IMG/VR virus record: IMGVR_UViG_2932410948_000001
Coordinates: 2,714 to 66,713 of that record
Strand: one strand, 5' to 3'
Length of the DNA stretch: 64,000 bases
From: a virus
Taxonomy: Duplodnaviria > Caudoviricetes
How positions within the stretch are numbered: the stretch's first letter is position 1; each line of letters starts with the position of its first letter. Position numbers and translations under genes: made by a program. The notes under the pieces were generated by a model. The model was not told where the DNA came from. It did not search any database and worked only from the letters and a program-made list of their open reading frames with translations. Below, in pieces: positions 1 to 8,773 of this stretch.

Positions 1-324
1 CTGACCATCGTCGGCAAGAACAGCGAGCAGTATCGCCTGGCCAACAACGCCGTGCGCGCAGAAGGCTACAAGAAATCGGCGCGCCGCAAGACGGCCATCG
101 ACGCCTCCACCGACGAAGGCGCGGAACTGCTGGTGCAAGCCATCGACGGCAACCAGAAGCGCCTGGCGCTGGCCGTGGTCACGGGCTGGTACGGCTTCAC
201 CAGCAATGGCGCCCCCGTGCCGCTTGATCCGGCCCTGCTGGAAGCGGCCTTTGAAAAATACCCGACCTGGCAGGAAAAGGTCACCACGGCGCTGGAAAAC
301 GAGTCGAATTTTTTGAAACTCTGA
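1..324 (+). CDS. Phage tail assembly chaperone (gpG-like), 5'-truncated by window edge
   Basis: Frame is open from the window start (LTIVGKNSEQYRLANNAVRAEGYKK...). It lies just upstream of the tape measure and ends in a slippery TTTTTTG. Confidence 0.75.
   Translation: MTIVGKNSEQYRLANNAVRAEGYKKSARRKTAIDASTDEGAELLVQAIDGNQKRLALAVVTGWYGFTSNGAPVPLDPALLEAAFEKYPTWQEKVTTALENESNFLKL
309..315 (+). promoter_or_regulatory. Programmed -1 frameshift site (T TTT TTG), G/GT-type
   Basis: aaT TTT TTG aaa ctc TGA. The -1 frame is open from 309 to TGA 668 and contains ORF 465..668, matching the conserved G/GT arrangement before tape measures. Confidence 0.7.
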
Positions 325-668
325 CGGCCAGCCTGCTGCGCTACGCCGGGCACCAGTTCGAGCGCGGCGCGCGCGCGGCCGATGGCCATGCCAAGGGCGA
401 GCATATCGATGCCGCCCGGCGCCATCCGCTGTACCGCGCGCCGCCCGAAGAGGCTACGCCGCCCATGCCGTTCGAGCTGGCCCACGTGTGGGAATGGTTC
501 GCGCAATTGAACCGCAAGCGGCAGAACGGTATGGCCGTCAATCCCATCGCCAGCACGGAAATCCTCGCCTGGCAGGCGCGCCACGCCATCGCCATCGAGC
601 CGTTCGAGCATCAGTTGCTGGACCAGCTCGATGCGCTGTTCCTGTCGCACCAGCATGCGGCGGGCTGA
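309..668 (+). CDS. Tail assembly chaperone gpT-like segment (probably translated as a G-T fusion)
   Basis: FETLTASLLRYAGHQFERG...MPFELAHVWEWFAQLNRKRQNGMAVNPIASTEILAW, typical of tail chaperone T regions. Confidence 0.7.
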   Translation, partial: FFETLTASLLRYAGHQFERGARAADGHAKGEHIDAARRHPLYRAPPEEATPPMPFELAHVWEWFAQLNRKRQNGMAVNPIASTEILAWQARHAIAIEPFEHQLLDQLDALFLSHQHAAG

Positions 669-686
669 CCCGCATTTTCCAACCCG

Positions 687-708
687 GCCGCCATGCGCGG
701 CTTTTTTT
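687..708 (+). terminator. Possible intrinsic terminator before tape measure gene
   Basis: GCCGC-catgc-GCGGC followed by T7. Confidence 0.45.
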
Positions 709-719
709 ATGGGCCAACC

Positions 720-3700
720 ATGCCAGAGATAACAGAATTAAAACTTGTCATCGATTTGACGAAGGCAACGGATACGGTGCAAGTGCTGAAAGCAATCAGC
801 GAGGCCAGCCTGGCTGCGGCCGAGAGCCTGAAGGTAGTCAATACTGAGACGGAGTCGTCGGCGCTGTTGCTGCGCGCTCAGGCGGAGCAGGCGCGTGAGG
901 CCACCGCCGCGTCGAAGGCCCTCGGTGCATGGAATGTCGGCGAGGCGAAGTCGCTGGCCGATGTATTCAAGGTGGTCAACGGTCTGGGCAATGCCTATAC
1001 GCGGCTGGCGGCTTTCCGCGCCGCAGGTAGCGCTGCCACAGCCGGCGCAGGCGCCAAATATGGCGCGTTTGCGTTTGAAGAGCAGCGCCAGGACAAGCTG
1101 GACACCGCGGGCAAAGAGGCTGCCGATGCCAAGGCAAAGGCGGCACCGGCGGCGCCCACGCGCAAATATAGCGAGGCGGAGTGGAAGGAGGCCGGTGAAT
1201 TTGCCAAGACGTTCGCTGAAAAAATTGAGACGGCTTTTGGCAAGGTCGGCGGCACCATCGGCAAAATGACCACGGCCTTGCTGGGATTCAGGAAGGCGCA
1301 GGATGATATCGATTTTACTTTTTCCAAGGAGATGGGCGAGGCGAAGACCGACAAAGACAAGGACAAGGCACAAGACAAAAAACACATGTCGACGGTCAGG
1401 CAATACCGCGAAATGGCCACGGCGGCGAAAGGCTTCTTCAAGGAGCACTCGGCTGGTTATGAAGTTATGGAAAAGGTGGAAAAGGGTTTTCGCGCCTATG
1501 AATTCGCCATGAATGCCAAGTCGCTGTTTGAAAAGCTGACGAATATCACTCTGGTGACAACGGCGAAAACAGCAGCGACGACTGCGGAAGTTACCAGTAC
1601 TGCTGCATCTGTCGCTCCGGTGGCTGCTGCGGAAGCTGCCAAGTCCAGCGCCTACGGAACGTCGGCCCTTGCCGCCTCGCTGGCTGCGCCATTTCCAGCC
1701 AATATCGGCGCATTCGCCATGGTGGCCGGCATGCTGATGGCCATCGGCGTCGCCGTTTCCGGCGGTGGTGGTGCCGATACTACGGCCAAGGACCGGCAGG
1801 CGGCAACTGGCACGGGTACGGTATTGGGCGACAGCAGCGCAAAGAGTAATTCGATTGCGAATTCGCTGGAAATCATGGAGAAAAACTCCGGACTCGGGCT
1901 CGCGTACTCCGCCTCGATGGCTTATTCGCTGCGCCAGGTGGCAGCGGGCATTGGTGGCTTGGGCGGACTGTTGGTGCGCAATTCCGGCGTGACGGGCGCC
2001 ATGGCGCCGGATAGCAAGGGCAGCGCGGCGACGTTTGGCTCTTCCGCACTTGGCGTTGCCATCACCGGCGGCGTCATTGGCTTGACACTCGATAAGCTGA
2101 CGGGGGGCCTGGTAGGAAAAATCACGGGCGGCATCCTTGGCTCTATCTTCGGCGGTAAAACGACGACGATCGACACGGGCCTGATGTTGAACAAGGCTAC
2201 GCTGGACAGCATTCAGGCGGGAGGCGTATCGGCCAGTCAGTACACGGATACCAAGACGTCGGGTGGCTGGTTTTCCAGTGATAAGAAACGTACGGCCTTG
2301 AGTAGCCTTGACCGCGAAGCAAACGACCAGTTCAGCAAAGTTATCCTCGGTCTGTCCGACACCGTCAAGGCGGCAGCCGGCATGCTGGGAATGGGCGGTG
2401 ATGCATTCAACGCGCGGTTGAAGTCCTTCGTGGTCGATCTGGGAAAGATCTCGCTGAAGGACCTGAAGGGCGACGAGATTCAGAAAGCGCTGGAAGCCGC
2501 ATTCTCCAAACTGGGCGACGATATGGCCAAGTTTGGTGTGGGTGGCCTGGAACAGTACCAGAAGGTCGGCGAGGGTTATCTGGAAACCTTGGCGCGCGTT
2601 GCGAATGACTACATGCAAGTGACGGATGTGCTGGCCGTACTGGGCAGGTCGTTCAATACGACAGGCCTGGGCGCCGTGAAGTTGAGCGAACATCTGATCG
2701 ACGCGGCTGGTGGCATCGACAAACTCACAAGTGGTACGGGGTTTTTCGTGGAAAACTTCCTGACCGAAGCGGAACGTCTGGCGCCGATTACCAAGTCGGT
2801 CAATGAGACCATGGGCAAACTGGGTCTGGCTGGAGTGACGACGATGGATGGCTTCAAGGCTGCAGTACTGTCGGCTGCCGATGGCGTGGCAACGGGCCGG
2901 AATGGGGCTGCGGAGCTGTACGCATCCTTGTTGGCCCTTGCTGAGCCGTTCAAGACCGCTGCCGATTATGCGGCCGACCTGGCTGCCACCACCGGTGAGC
3001 TGGCCGCAGTGAGCAAGACGGCCAGCGACATCGCCGGCGAACGCAAGGATATGCAGCAGCAGTTGAACGAGCTGACGAAAACTGAAGCGCAGTTGCTGGC
3101 TGCCCAGCGCGCCAGCGTCGCTGATGCTAATCGCGGATTGTTCGACCAGATCCAGGCTGTCAAGGCGGTGACCAGCGCGAAGGATGCGCTGGCCAAGGCC
3201 TACGAGACGGAATCGGCGGCGGCCAAATCGGCGCTGGAGAAGTCGAAATCGTGGGTGACGACCTTGAACGGGCTCAATGCAAGCATGGCTTTGAGCGCCC
3301 AGTCGACGCTGACGCCGGAACAGAAATATGCCGAGGCGCGCGCCCAGTTCGAGAAAACCCTGGCTGCCGCGAATGCGGGGGACACGACGGCGCAATCGGG
3401 TCTGTCTGCCGCCGAACAGGCGTTTTTGACGGCATCGCAAGTGGTCAACGCGTCCGACGCCCGCTATGCGGCGGACTATGCTCGCGTGGTGGAAGCGAAC
3501 AAGGAAGCGTTGAAGTGGGCGGCCGCGCAGGTCGACGTGCAGCAGGCCAGCCTGGATGCGCTCAATGCCCAGGTGTCGGGCTTGATCACGATTAACGACA
3601 GTGTGCTGACGGTGGCGCAGGCCATTGCCGGTCTGCGGGCGGCGATGGGTGGTGCGGCGGACCTCGGTGTGCAGTTCAGTAATCCTCCCGTGGTCGCTGC

Positions 3701-3998
3701 ATTGGCGGCGATGACTTCGCCCGTGAGGGCGGCCGTCTTCGACCCCGTGCGCTACTCGTCGGCGGCGAACGTCGGCTCCGATGTACTGGTGGCCGAAATC
3801 CGCGGCCTGCGCGAAGACAACCAGGCCATGCGCGTGGAGCTGGAAGGTTTGCGTGCCGACCAGCGGGCGCAGACGGGCGCCACCATCCAGGCCACCTTTG
3901 AATCGAATGCCAGCGCCGCCAGGACGGTGGTCGATGGCATGGATAAATCGTCCCGGGCATCCGCCTGGGCCAATGCAGTGAAAGGAGAGTACGCATGA
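720..3998 (+). CDS. Tail tape measure protein (1092 aa from MPEITE)
   Basis: Long Ala/Gly-rich helical protein after the chaperones. C-terminal ~300 aa nearly match the prophage tape measure 34167..39395 (LTPEQKYAEARAQFEKTLAAANAGDTTAQSGLSAAEQAFLTASQVVNASDARYAADYARVV). Confidence 0.9.
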   Translation: MPEITELKLVIDLTKATDTVQVLKAISEASLAAAESLKVVNTETESSALLLRAQAEQAREATAASKALGAWNVGEAKSLADVFKVVNGLGNAYTRLAAFRAAGSAATAGAGAKYGAFAFEEQRQDKLDTAGKEAADAKAKAAPAAPTRKYSEAEWKEAGEFAKTFAEKIETAFGKVGGTIGKMTTALLGFRKAQDDIDFTFSKEMGEAKTDKDKDKAQDKKHMSTVRQYREMATAAKGFFKEHSAGYEVMEKVEKGFRAYEFAMNAKSLFEKLTNITLVTTAKTAATTAEVTSTAASVAPVAAAEAAKSSAYGTSALAASLAAPFPANIGAFAMVAGMLMAIGVAVSGGGGADTTAKDRQAATGTGTVLGDSSAKSNSIANSLEIMEKNSGLGLAYSASMAYSLRQVAAGIGGLGGLLVRNSGVTGAMAPDSKGSAATFGSSALGVAITGGVIGLTLDKLTGGLVGKITGGILGSIFGGKTTTIDTGLMLNKATLDSIQAGGVSASQYTDTKTSGGWFSSDKKRTALSSLDREANDQFSKVILGLSDTVKAAAGMLGMGGDAFNARLKSFVVDLGKISLKDLKGDEIQKALEAAFSKLGDDMAKFGVGGLEQYQKVGEGYLETLARVANDYMQVTDVLAVLGRSFNTTGLGAVKLSEHLIDAAGGIDKLTSGTGFFVENFLTEAERLAPITKSVNETMGKLGLAGVTTMDGFKAAVLSAADGVATGRNGAAELYASLLALAEPFKTAADYAADLAATTGELAAVSKTASDIAGERKDMQQQLNELTKTEAQLLAAQRASVADANRGLFDQIQAVKAVTSAKDALAKAYETESAAAKSALEKSKSWVTTLNGLNASMALSAQSTLTPEQKYAEARAQFEKTLAAANAGDTTAQSGLSAAEQAFLTASQVVNASDARYAADYARVVEANKEALKWAAAQVDVQQASLDALNAQVSGLITINDSVLTVAQAIAGLRAAMGGAADLGVQFSNPPVVAALAAMTSPVRAAVFDPVRYSSAANVGSDVLVAEIRGLREDNQAMRVELEGLRADQRAQTGATIQATFESNASAARTVVDGMDKSSRASAWANAVKGEYA

Positions 3999-5464
3999 CC
4001 GATGCGCAATTTCAGGATTGGCTGCAAAGCCCGTCGGCCATCCGCATGGTGCTGATCGAGGCGCAAGTGAACGTGGCCGGCAGCGAGGTGACGCGGTATA
4101 TCGCTTCGCGGCCCTACATCACCGGGCCGCGCGAAGTGCCGGCGAATACCGCCTACCAGCCGCTAGCCAAGGGCGGCCTGGCCTTCACGGAACAGGTCAG
4201 CCTGTCCGGCGAGGCCGGGCTGTCGGGCGGCGATATCGAACTCGATAACGCCGACGGCGCGCTCGATGGCTGGCTGGATGATGTCTGGATGAACCGGCCG
4301 ATCAAGGCCTGGGCCGGCGATCCGTCCTGGCCGCGCGCCGACTTCCAGCTGGTCTTTGACGGCATCATTGCCGACGTGGCCAGTGCGGGGCGCGAGTCGG
4401 TCAACCTGGTACTGCGCGACAAGCTGCAGCGCCTGAATACGCCGATCTCCGAGGCGAAGCTGGGTGGCACGACGCCGAACAAGGACGCCATCCTGCCGAT
4501 ACCGTTTGGCGAGTGCCACAACGTGACGCCCTTGCTGACCAATCCCGCCACGCTGGAATACGGTTTTCTTGGCGCGGTCGAATCGACGTTTGAAGTGCGC
4601 ACCAATGGCAAGCCGATTGCCGTGGCCTTGAATGACCAGGCGGGCCGCTTCAACCTGACTACCGATCCGTTTTCCACCACGATCACGGCCAGCGTACAGG
4701 GCGACAAGGGCGGCGGCTATGCGCCGCGCATCGCGCCGCTGGTGCAGCGTATCGCCACGGCCTACGGCAAGGTGGCCGACCGTTTTGCCCTGGCGGACCT
4801 GGACCTGGAAAACCTGGCCGCCTTCGACGCGTCCCACCCGCAGCCGGTGGGGCTGTATGTTGCTGACCGTACGAACCAGGCGCAGGCCATCCAGCAACTG
4901 GCGGCCAGCGTGGGCGCCCAGGCGATCATGTCGCGCACGGGCCAGCTGCGCCTGGTGCAGATCGCGCTGCCGGCCGCCGGCGTGCCGGTGGCGATCGGTC
5001 CGGAGCAGATGCGCGAACGCTCGCTGCGTCCCGCGCAGCGCCTGCCGGTGACGGCCGCCGTGAAGATCGGTTTTGACCGGAACTGGACGCCGCAGGCTGG
5101 CCTGACGACCAGCATACCGCCCGCGCATGCAGATTTGTATGCCACCGAATGGCTGACGGAGACGGTGGTCGACGCGGCGGTGCGCACGCGTTACCGCTTG
5201 AGCGACGACCCGGTGCAGATCGATACGTGCCTGAAGACGCGGGCCGATGCCCGCGCGGAAGCGCAGCGGCGCCTGGCCTTGAGCAAGGTACCGCGCACCA
5301 TTTACGAATTCGATGGAGAACCCGAAATGATGATGCTGGAACTGGGACAGCCCGTACAACTGCGCGCTGAACGCTTTGGCTTGCAGGACGGCGTGCCGGG
5401 CGTGGTGGTACTGCTGTCGCGCTTCTGGCTGACCGGCCGAGTGACGGTGGGGGTGCTGGCATGA
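3995..5464 (+). CDS. Tail tip / baseplate hub-like protein (489 aa)
   Basis: ATGA-coupled to the tape measure; same length as, and closely similar to, 32701..34170. Confidence 0.7.
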   Translation: MTDAQFQDWLQSPSAIRMVLIEAQVNVAGSEVTRYIASRPYITGPREVPANTAYQPLAKGGLAFTEQVSLSGEAGLSGGDIELDNADGALDGWLDDVWMNRPIKAWAGDPSWPRADFQLVFDGIIADVASAGRESVNLVLRDKLQRLNTPISEAKLGGTTPNKDAILPIPFGECHNVTPLLTNPATLEYGFLGAVESTFEVRTNGKPIAVALNDQAGRFNLTTDPFSTTITASVQGDKGGGYAPRIAPLVQRIATAYGKVADRFALADLDLENLAAFDASHPQPVGLYVADRTNQAQAIQQLAASVGAQAIMSRTGQLRLVQIALPAAGVPVAIGPEQMRERSLRPAQRLPVTAAVKIGFDRNWTPQAGLTTSIPPAHADLYATEWLTETVVDAAVRTRYRLSDDPVQIDTCLKTRADARAEAQRRLALSKVPRTIYEFDGEPEMMMLELGQPVQLRAERFGLQDGVPGVVVLLSRFWLTGRVTVGVLA

Positions 5465-7458
5465 GCGCCATAGTGGGGGAACGCGATACGCTGCTGCAGG
5501 CGACGGCGGAGCGCTTCAGCACGACGGCCGATGGCAAGGCGCTCCTGATGTCCGCCAGTACGCCCGTCTTTCGCGTGAACAGCGCCGGCGCCGGCGCGCC
5601 CGGCTCGATCGCCATCACCGCCAAGCCCGTCAATGTGGTGGGTGATATCGTCTTTTCCGTATCCGCCGGCACGGCGTTGCGGGTCAACGGCAACGTGGCC
5701 ACGGTCGATTTTGCCAGCATGACTACGGATACGGCCCTGGTGCAGGCACGCATCCGTGAATTTGGCGTCGATTACATCGCCAACTACATGGTCAGCAAGG
5801 TCTTCGACGGCGTCAATGGCGATACCGGCCTGGCCGGATTGAACACGGGCCAGGCCTTCGCCTACAAGCGCGCCGCTGCGGTACCCGGAGACTCTCCGGG
5901 CGACGTTATCTTTACCTTCGCCACGGCGGCCATCACGACGCCGGCCGGCAATGATCTGGCCAATGGCTGGTCGAAGAACATCCCTGACGGCACGGCGCCG
6001 CTGTACGTGCGCGTGGCAGCAGCCAGTTCGCGCAATGCCACGGACAATATCGCCGCCAATGAGTGGTCGGCGGCGGTGCAGTTGGCCAAGGACGGCACCG
6101 ACGGTTTGAACGTGGCACCCGTGCGCATCTACCAGCGCGGCGCCACCAACATCGCGCCGGCACTACCGAGTGCGGCGTGCACGTTCACGTTTGCCACAGG
6201 CGCACTGACAGGCCTGAACAATGGCTGGTCGGCCCAGGTGCCGACGACGGGCGGTGCGTACCTGTTCACCTCAGGTGCTACGGCCGCATCGCGCACGGCG
6301 ACCGACGACATCGCGCCAGGCGAATGGGCCGCCGCGGCGCGCCTGGCCGCCGATGGTGCTACTGGCCAGCGCGGCACCGTCACGGTGGCGGCGCCTGGCT
6401 ATTCGGCCTGGTCGGATGCGTCGGCCGTGTACGAGTTGGGCCGTGCCGGCTATGGCGCGCCGATCAACCGCGACGTGGTGACCTTGTATGACGCGACGCA
6501 TGCGGTGACGAAGTTTTATGTCGATGGTGCCTGGATGGTACTGGGTACGGTGTTGAATGGCAGCTTGCTGGTCGATGGGACGGTGGCGGCGAAGGCGATT
6601 GTGGGCGACACGCTTGGCGCCATCAAGGCGAATCTGGGGAGTGTGGTCGCTGGCGACTTGTACGGCACTACATTGCACGGCGGCCTTGGCTATCCAGACA
6701 ATGCCTATGGCTGGCCGAGCAACGGCGGCATTGGATTTCACCTGAGCGAGAAGGGCCTGTTGCTGGGTAACCGATGGGCAAGCGGTGGTTATATCGAATT
6801 GCGTAGCGATGGCTATGTAGATATGCCGGGCCTGAGCATCAAGGAAGGAAATGCGATATTTTCGGGCAAGCTTTTAGCCGCTTCGGGAACGTTTTCAGGC
6901 GAGTTAAAGGCCGCGAACGGAATTTTTACCGGCGAATTAAAGGGTGCCTCAGGAACATTTTCCGGTGACCTCTCGTCGGCGCGCGTATCAGTCGGCACAA
7001 CAGACAAAGCAACCGCATTCTTCGAGCCGGAGTTTCCATCTGTCTCGCTACAGTCCTCCGCGTCAGGAGTGTTTATTCAAGATTCATCGGCCAGTTCTGC
7101 CGTTGTATTCACTTCTGAAGAAGTCCTGTTCATGCACAACGCTCCATGGTGGCCTGCCGCGCGCCGCATTCGTTCAGGCGCCGTGTTTTTTTCAATCATT
7201 TGCACTGCGGTAGTCGACGACCAATTGAGCATCTGGTACCGCATCAATGGCGGGGCGTGGGAATGGTTGAGTGGAGTCCAGGAGCGGCAGGGTGGCGATG
7301 CTCCTGTGGCTACGGGCTACGGAAAAACGCTATACGTCAATGCGGGTGGCACGGTCCAGTTCGGCGTTTCCGCTACCAATTCATCGCTTAAAGCGGCGGA
7401 TATGGGAAGACTTTATCTTAAACAATGTCAGGCGACTGTGATCGCAAGGAATTTTTAA
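5461..7458 (+). CDS. Tail tip / central fibre-like protein (665 aa)
   Basis: First ~410 aa nearly match 31142..32704. C-terminus carries GTFSGEL-type repeats seen in gpJ-like proteins and then diverges. Confidence 0.7.
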   Translation: MSAIVGERDTLLQATAERFSTTADGKALLMSASTPVFRVNSAGAGAPGSIAITAKPVNVVGDIVFSVSAGTALRVNGNVATVDFASMTTDTALVQARIREFGVDYIANYMVSKVFDGVNGDTGLAGLNTGQAFAYKRAAAVPGDSPGDVIFTFATAAITTPAGNDLANGWSKNIPDGTAPLYVRVAAASSRNATDNIAANEWSAAVQLAKDGTDGLNVAPVRIYQRGATNIAPALPSAACTFTFATGALTGLNNGWSAQVPTTGGAYLFTSGATAASRTATDDIAPGEWAAAARLAADGATGQRGTVTVAAPGYSAWSDASAVYELGRAGYGAPINRDVVTLYDATHAVTKFYVDGAWMVLGTVLNGSLLVDGTVAAKAIVGDTLGAIKANLGSVVAGDLYGTTLHGGLGYPDNAYGWPSNGGIGFHLSEKGLLLGNRWASGGYIELRSDGYVDMPGLSIKEGNAIFSGKLLAASGTFSGELKAANGIFTGELKGASGTFSGDLSSARVSVGTTDKATAFFEPEFPSVSLQSSASGVFIQDSSASSAVVFTSEEVLFMHNAPWWPAARRIRSGAVFFSIICTAVVDDQLSIWYRINGGAWEWLSGVQERQGGDAPVATGYGKTLYVNAGGTVQFGVSATNSSLKAADMGRLYLKQCQATVIARNF

Positions 7459-7946
7459 TGGAAACAATCATCGTTAACAGTGATGGCACTCACACAAACG
7501 AGCGCACAGGAAAGACGATACCGCCCCAACCCAGCGAGCATCACGAATACGATGCGGTGGCAGACATGTGGATAGATGCAAGAACGCTCGATGGCGTCAA
7601 AGTGCGCACCTGGGAGCGTATCAAGGCGGCACGCAGCGTGGCTGAAACCGCAGATTTCATGTGCGGTGGCGTCTTGTACCAGGCGGACAAGGACCGTATC
7701 GTTGGGGCCGCGCAACTGGCTTTGATGGCGCAGGCTGCCGGCCAGCCGTACAGCATCGACTGGACTTTGTCGGACAACACCCACTTGACGCTCGATGCGG
7801 CCGGCATGATCGCCGTTGGCGCCGCCCTGGGGGCGCACGTTGCCGAGGCGTTCTCCATCGCCCTTCACTTGCGCGGGCTGATTGCCGCCGCGGCTTCGTT
7901 TGATGCGCTTGAGGCCATTGTCTGGCCAGTGCAGGGGGATGCATGA
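7458..7946 (+). CDS. Tail fibre assembly-type protein (DUF4376-like)
   Basis: TAATG-coupled start METIIV; C-terminal IDWTLSDNTHLTLDAAGMIAVG...ALEAIVW is DUF4376-like. Confidence 0.7.
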   Translation: METIIVNSDGTHTNERTGKTIPPQPSEHHEYDAVADMWIDARTLDGVKVRTWERIKAARSVAETADFMCGGVLYQADKDRIVGAAQLALMAQAAGQPYSIDWTLSDNTHLTLDAAGMIAVGAALGAHVAEAFSIALHLRGLIAAAASFDALEAIVWPVQGDA

Positions 7947-8773
7947 GCAACTTGCGCATCATTTATGACAATGCCGCCGACCGTGCTGTGTTGACGGCAT
8001 CGAGCCAGGCCGGCATCTTGGGGCCAGCCAATCTGCAGCGCGAGGGAAAGTCTTTAGTATTGCGCTCAACCGGCGCAGCGCTGAGCATCACGGCAACGTG
8101 GCCGTCACCGGAAATTGTCGGCGGCGTGGCCCTGCCGTTTTGCAACCTGACCCCAAGGGCAACCATCCGCGTGCGCGGCTACATCGAGCCCGGCAACATT
8201 GCGCCTGCATTCGATACGGGCGCCATGCCAGCATGTGAGTATGCGCGGCTGGGCATGTGGGATTGGGGCGCGTTGCCGCTGGGCTTGAATGCCTACAGTT
8301 ACGGCGGCGGTACCTACGCCCGTTGCTGGTTCCAGATGCGCAGCATCAGGAAGCTGGTGATCGACCTGGCCGACCCCGACAATCCTGCCGGCTACATCGA
8401 GGCTGCACGCCTGGTGACAGGGGCTTATTGGAGTCCCGAGCAGAATGCTTCTTATGGTGCAGGCATTACGCCGGTCGATACCAGCAGCCAGTACCGCAAC
8501 GGTGCCGGTGAACAGAAGGTGGAGCGGGGCGTGATGTACCGCAAGCTGTCGCTGGCGCTCGATCACATGACGCCGCTGGACCGTGCCGAACTGTGGCGCA
8601 TCGTGCGCGGCAACGGTCTGTCGCGCCCGCTTTTCGCCAGTCTGTATCCGGATAGCGACGATGTCGAACTGGAGCAGGCACACCAAGTGTATGGCCGTCT
8701 GGCCAATTTGGCCGCCATCACGACACCATCTTTCCAGGCTTATGCCACCAACATTGAAATAGAGGAGTTGTAA
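7943..8773 (+). CDS. Phage tail protein (276 aa), paralogue of 29115..29969
   Basis: Shared N-terminus (NLRIIYDNAADRAVLTASSQ) and internal motifs with the prophage gene. Confidence 0.7.
   Translation: MSNLRIIYDNAADRAVLTASSQAGILGPANLQREGKSLVLRSTGAALSITATWPSPEIVGGVALPFCNLTPRATIRVRGYIEPGNIAPAFDTGAMPACEYARLGMWDWGALPLGLNAYSYGGGTYARCWFQMRSIRKLVIDLADPDNPAGYIEAARLVTGAYWSPEQNASYGAGITPVDTSSQYRNGAGEQKVERGVMYRKLSLALDHMTPLDRAELWRIVRGNGLSRPLFASLYPDSDDVELEQAHQVYGRLANLAAITTPSFQAYATNIEIEEL

Noticed and set aside
738-3440. Long antisense ORFs (e.g. 738..3440, 12305..14086, 16502..17611, 35106..36440, 43286..44959, 44674..46113)
   Set aside because: Shadow frames of high-GC genes; the opposite strand carries recognisable proteins with motifs.
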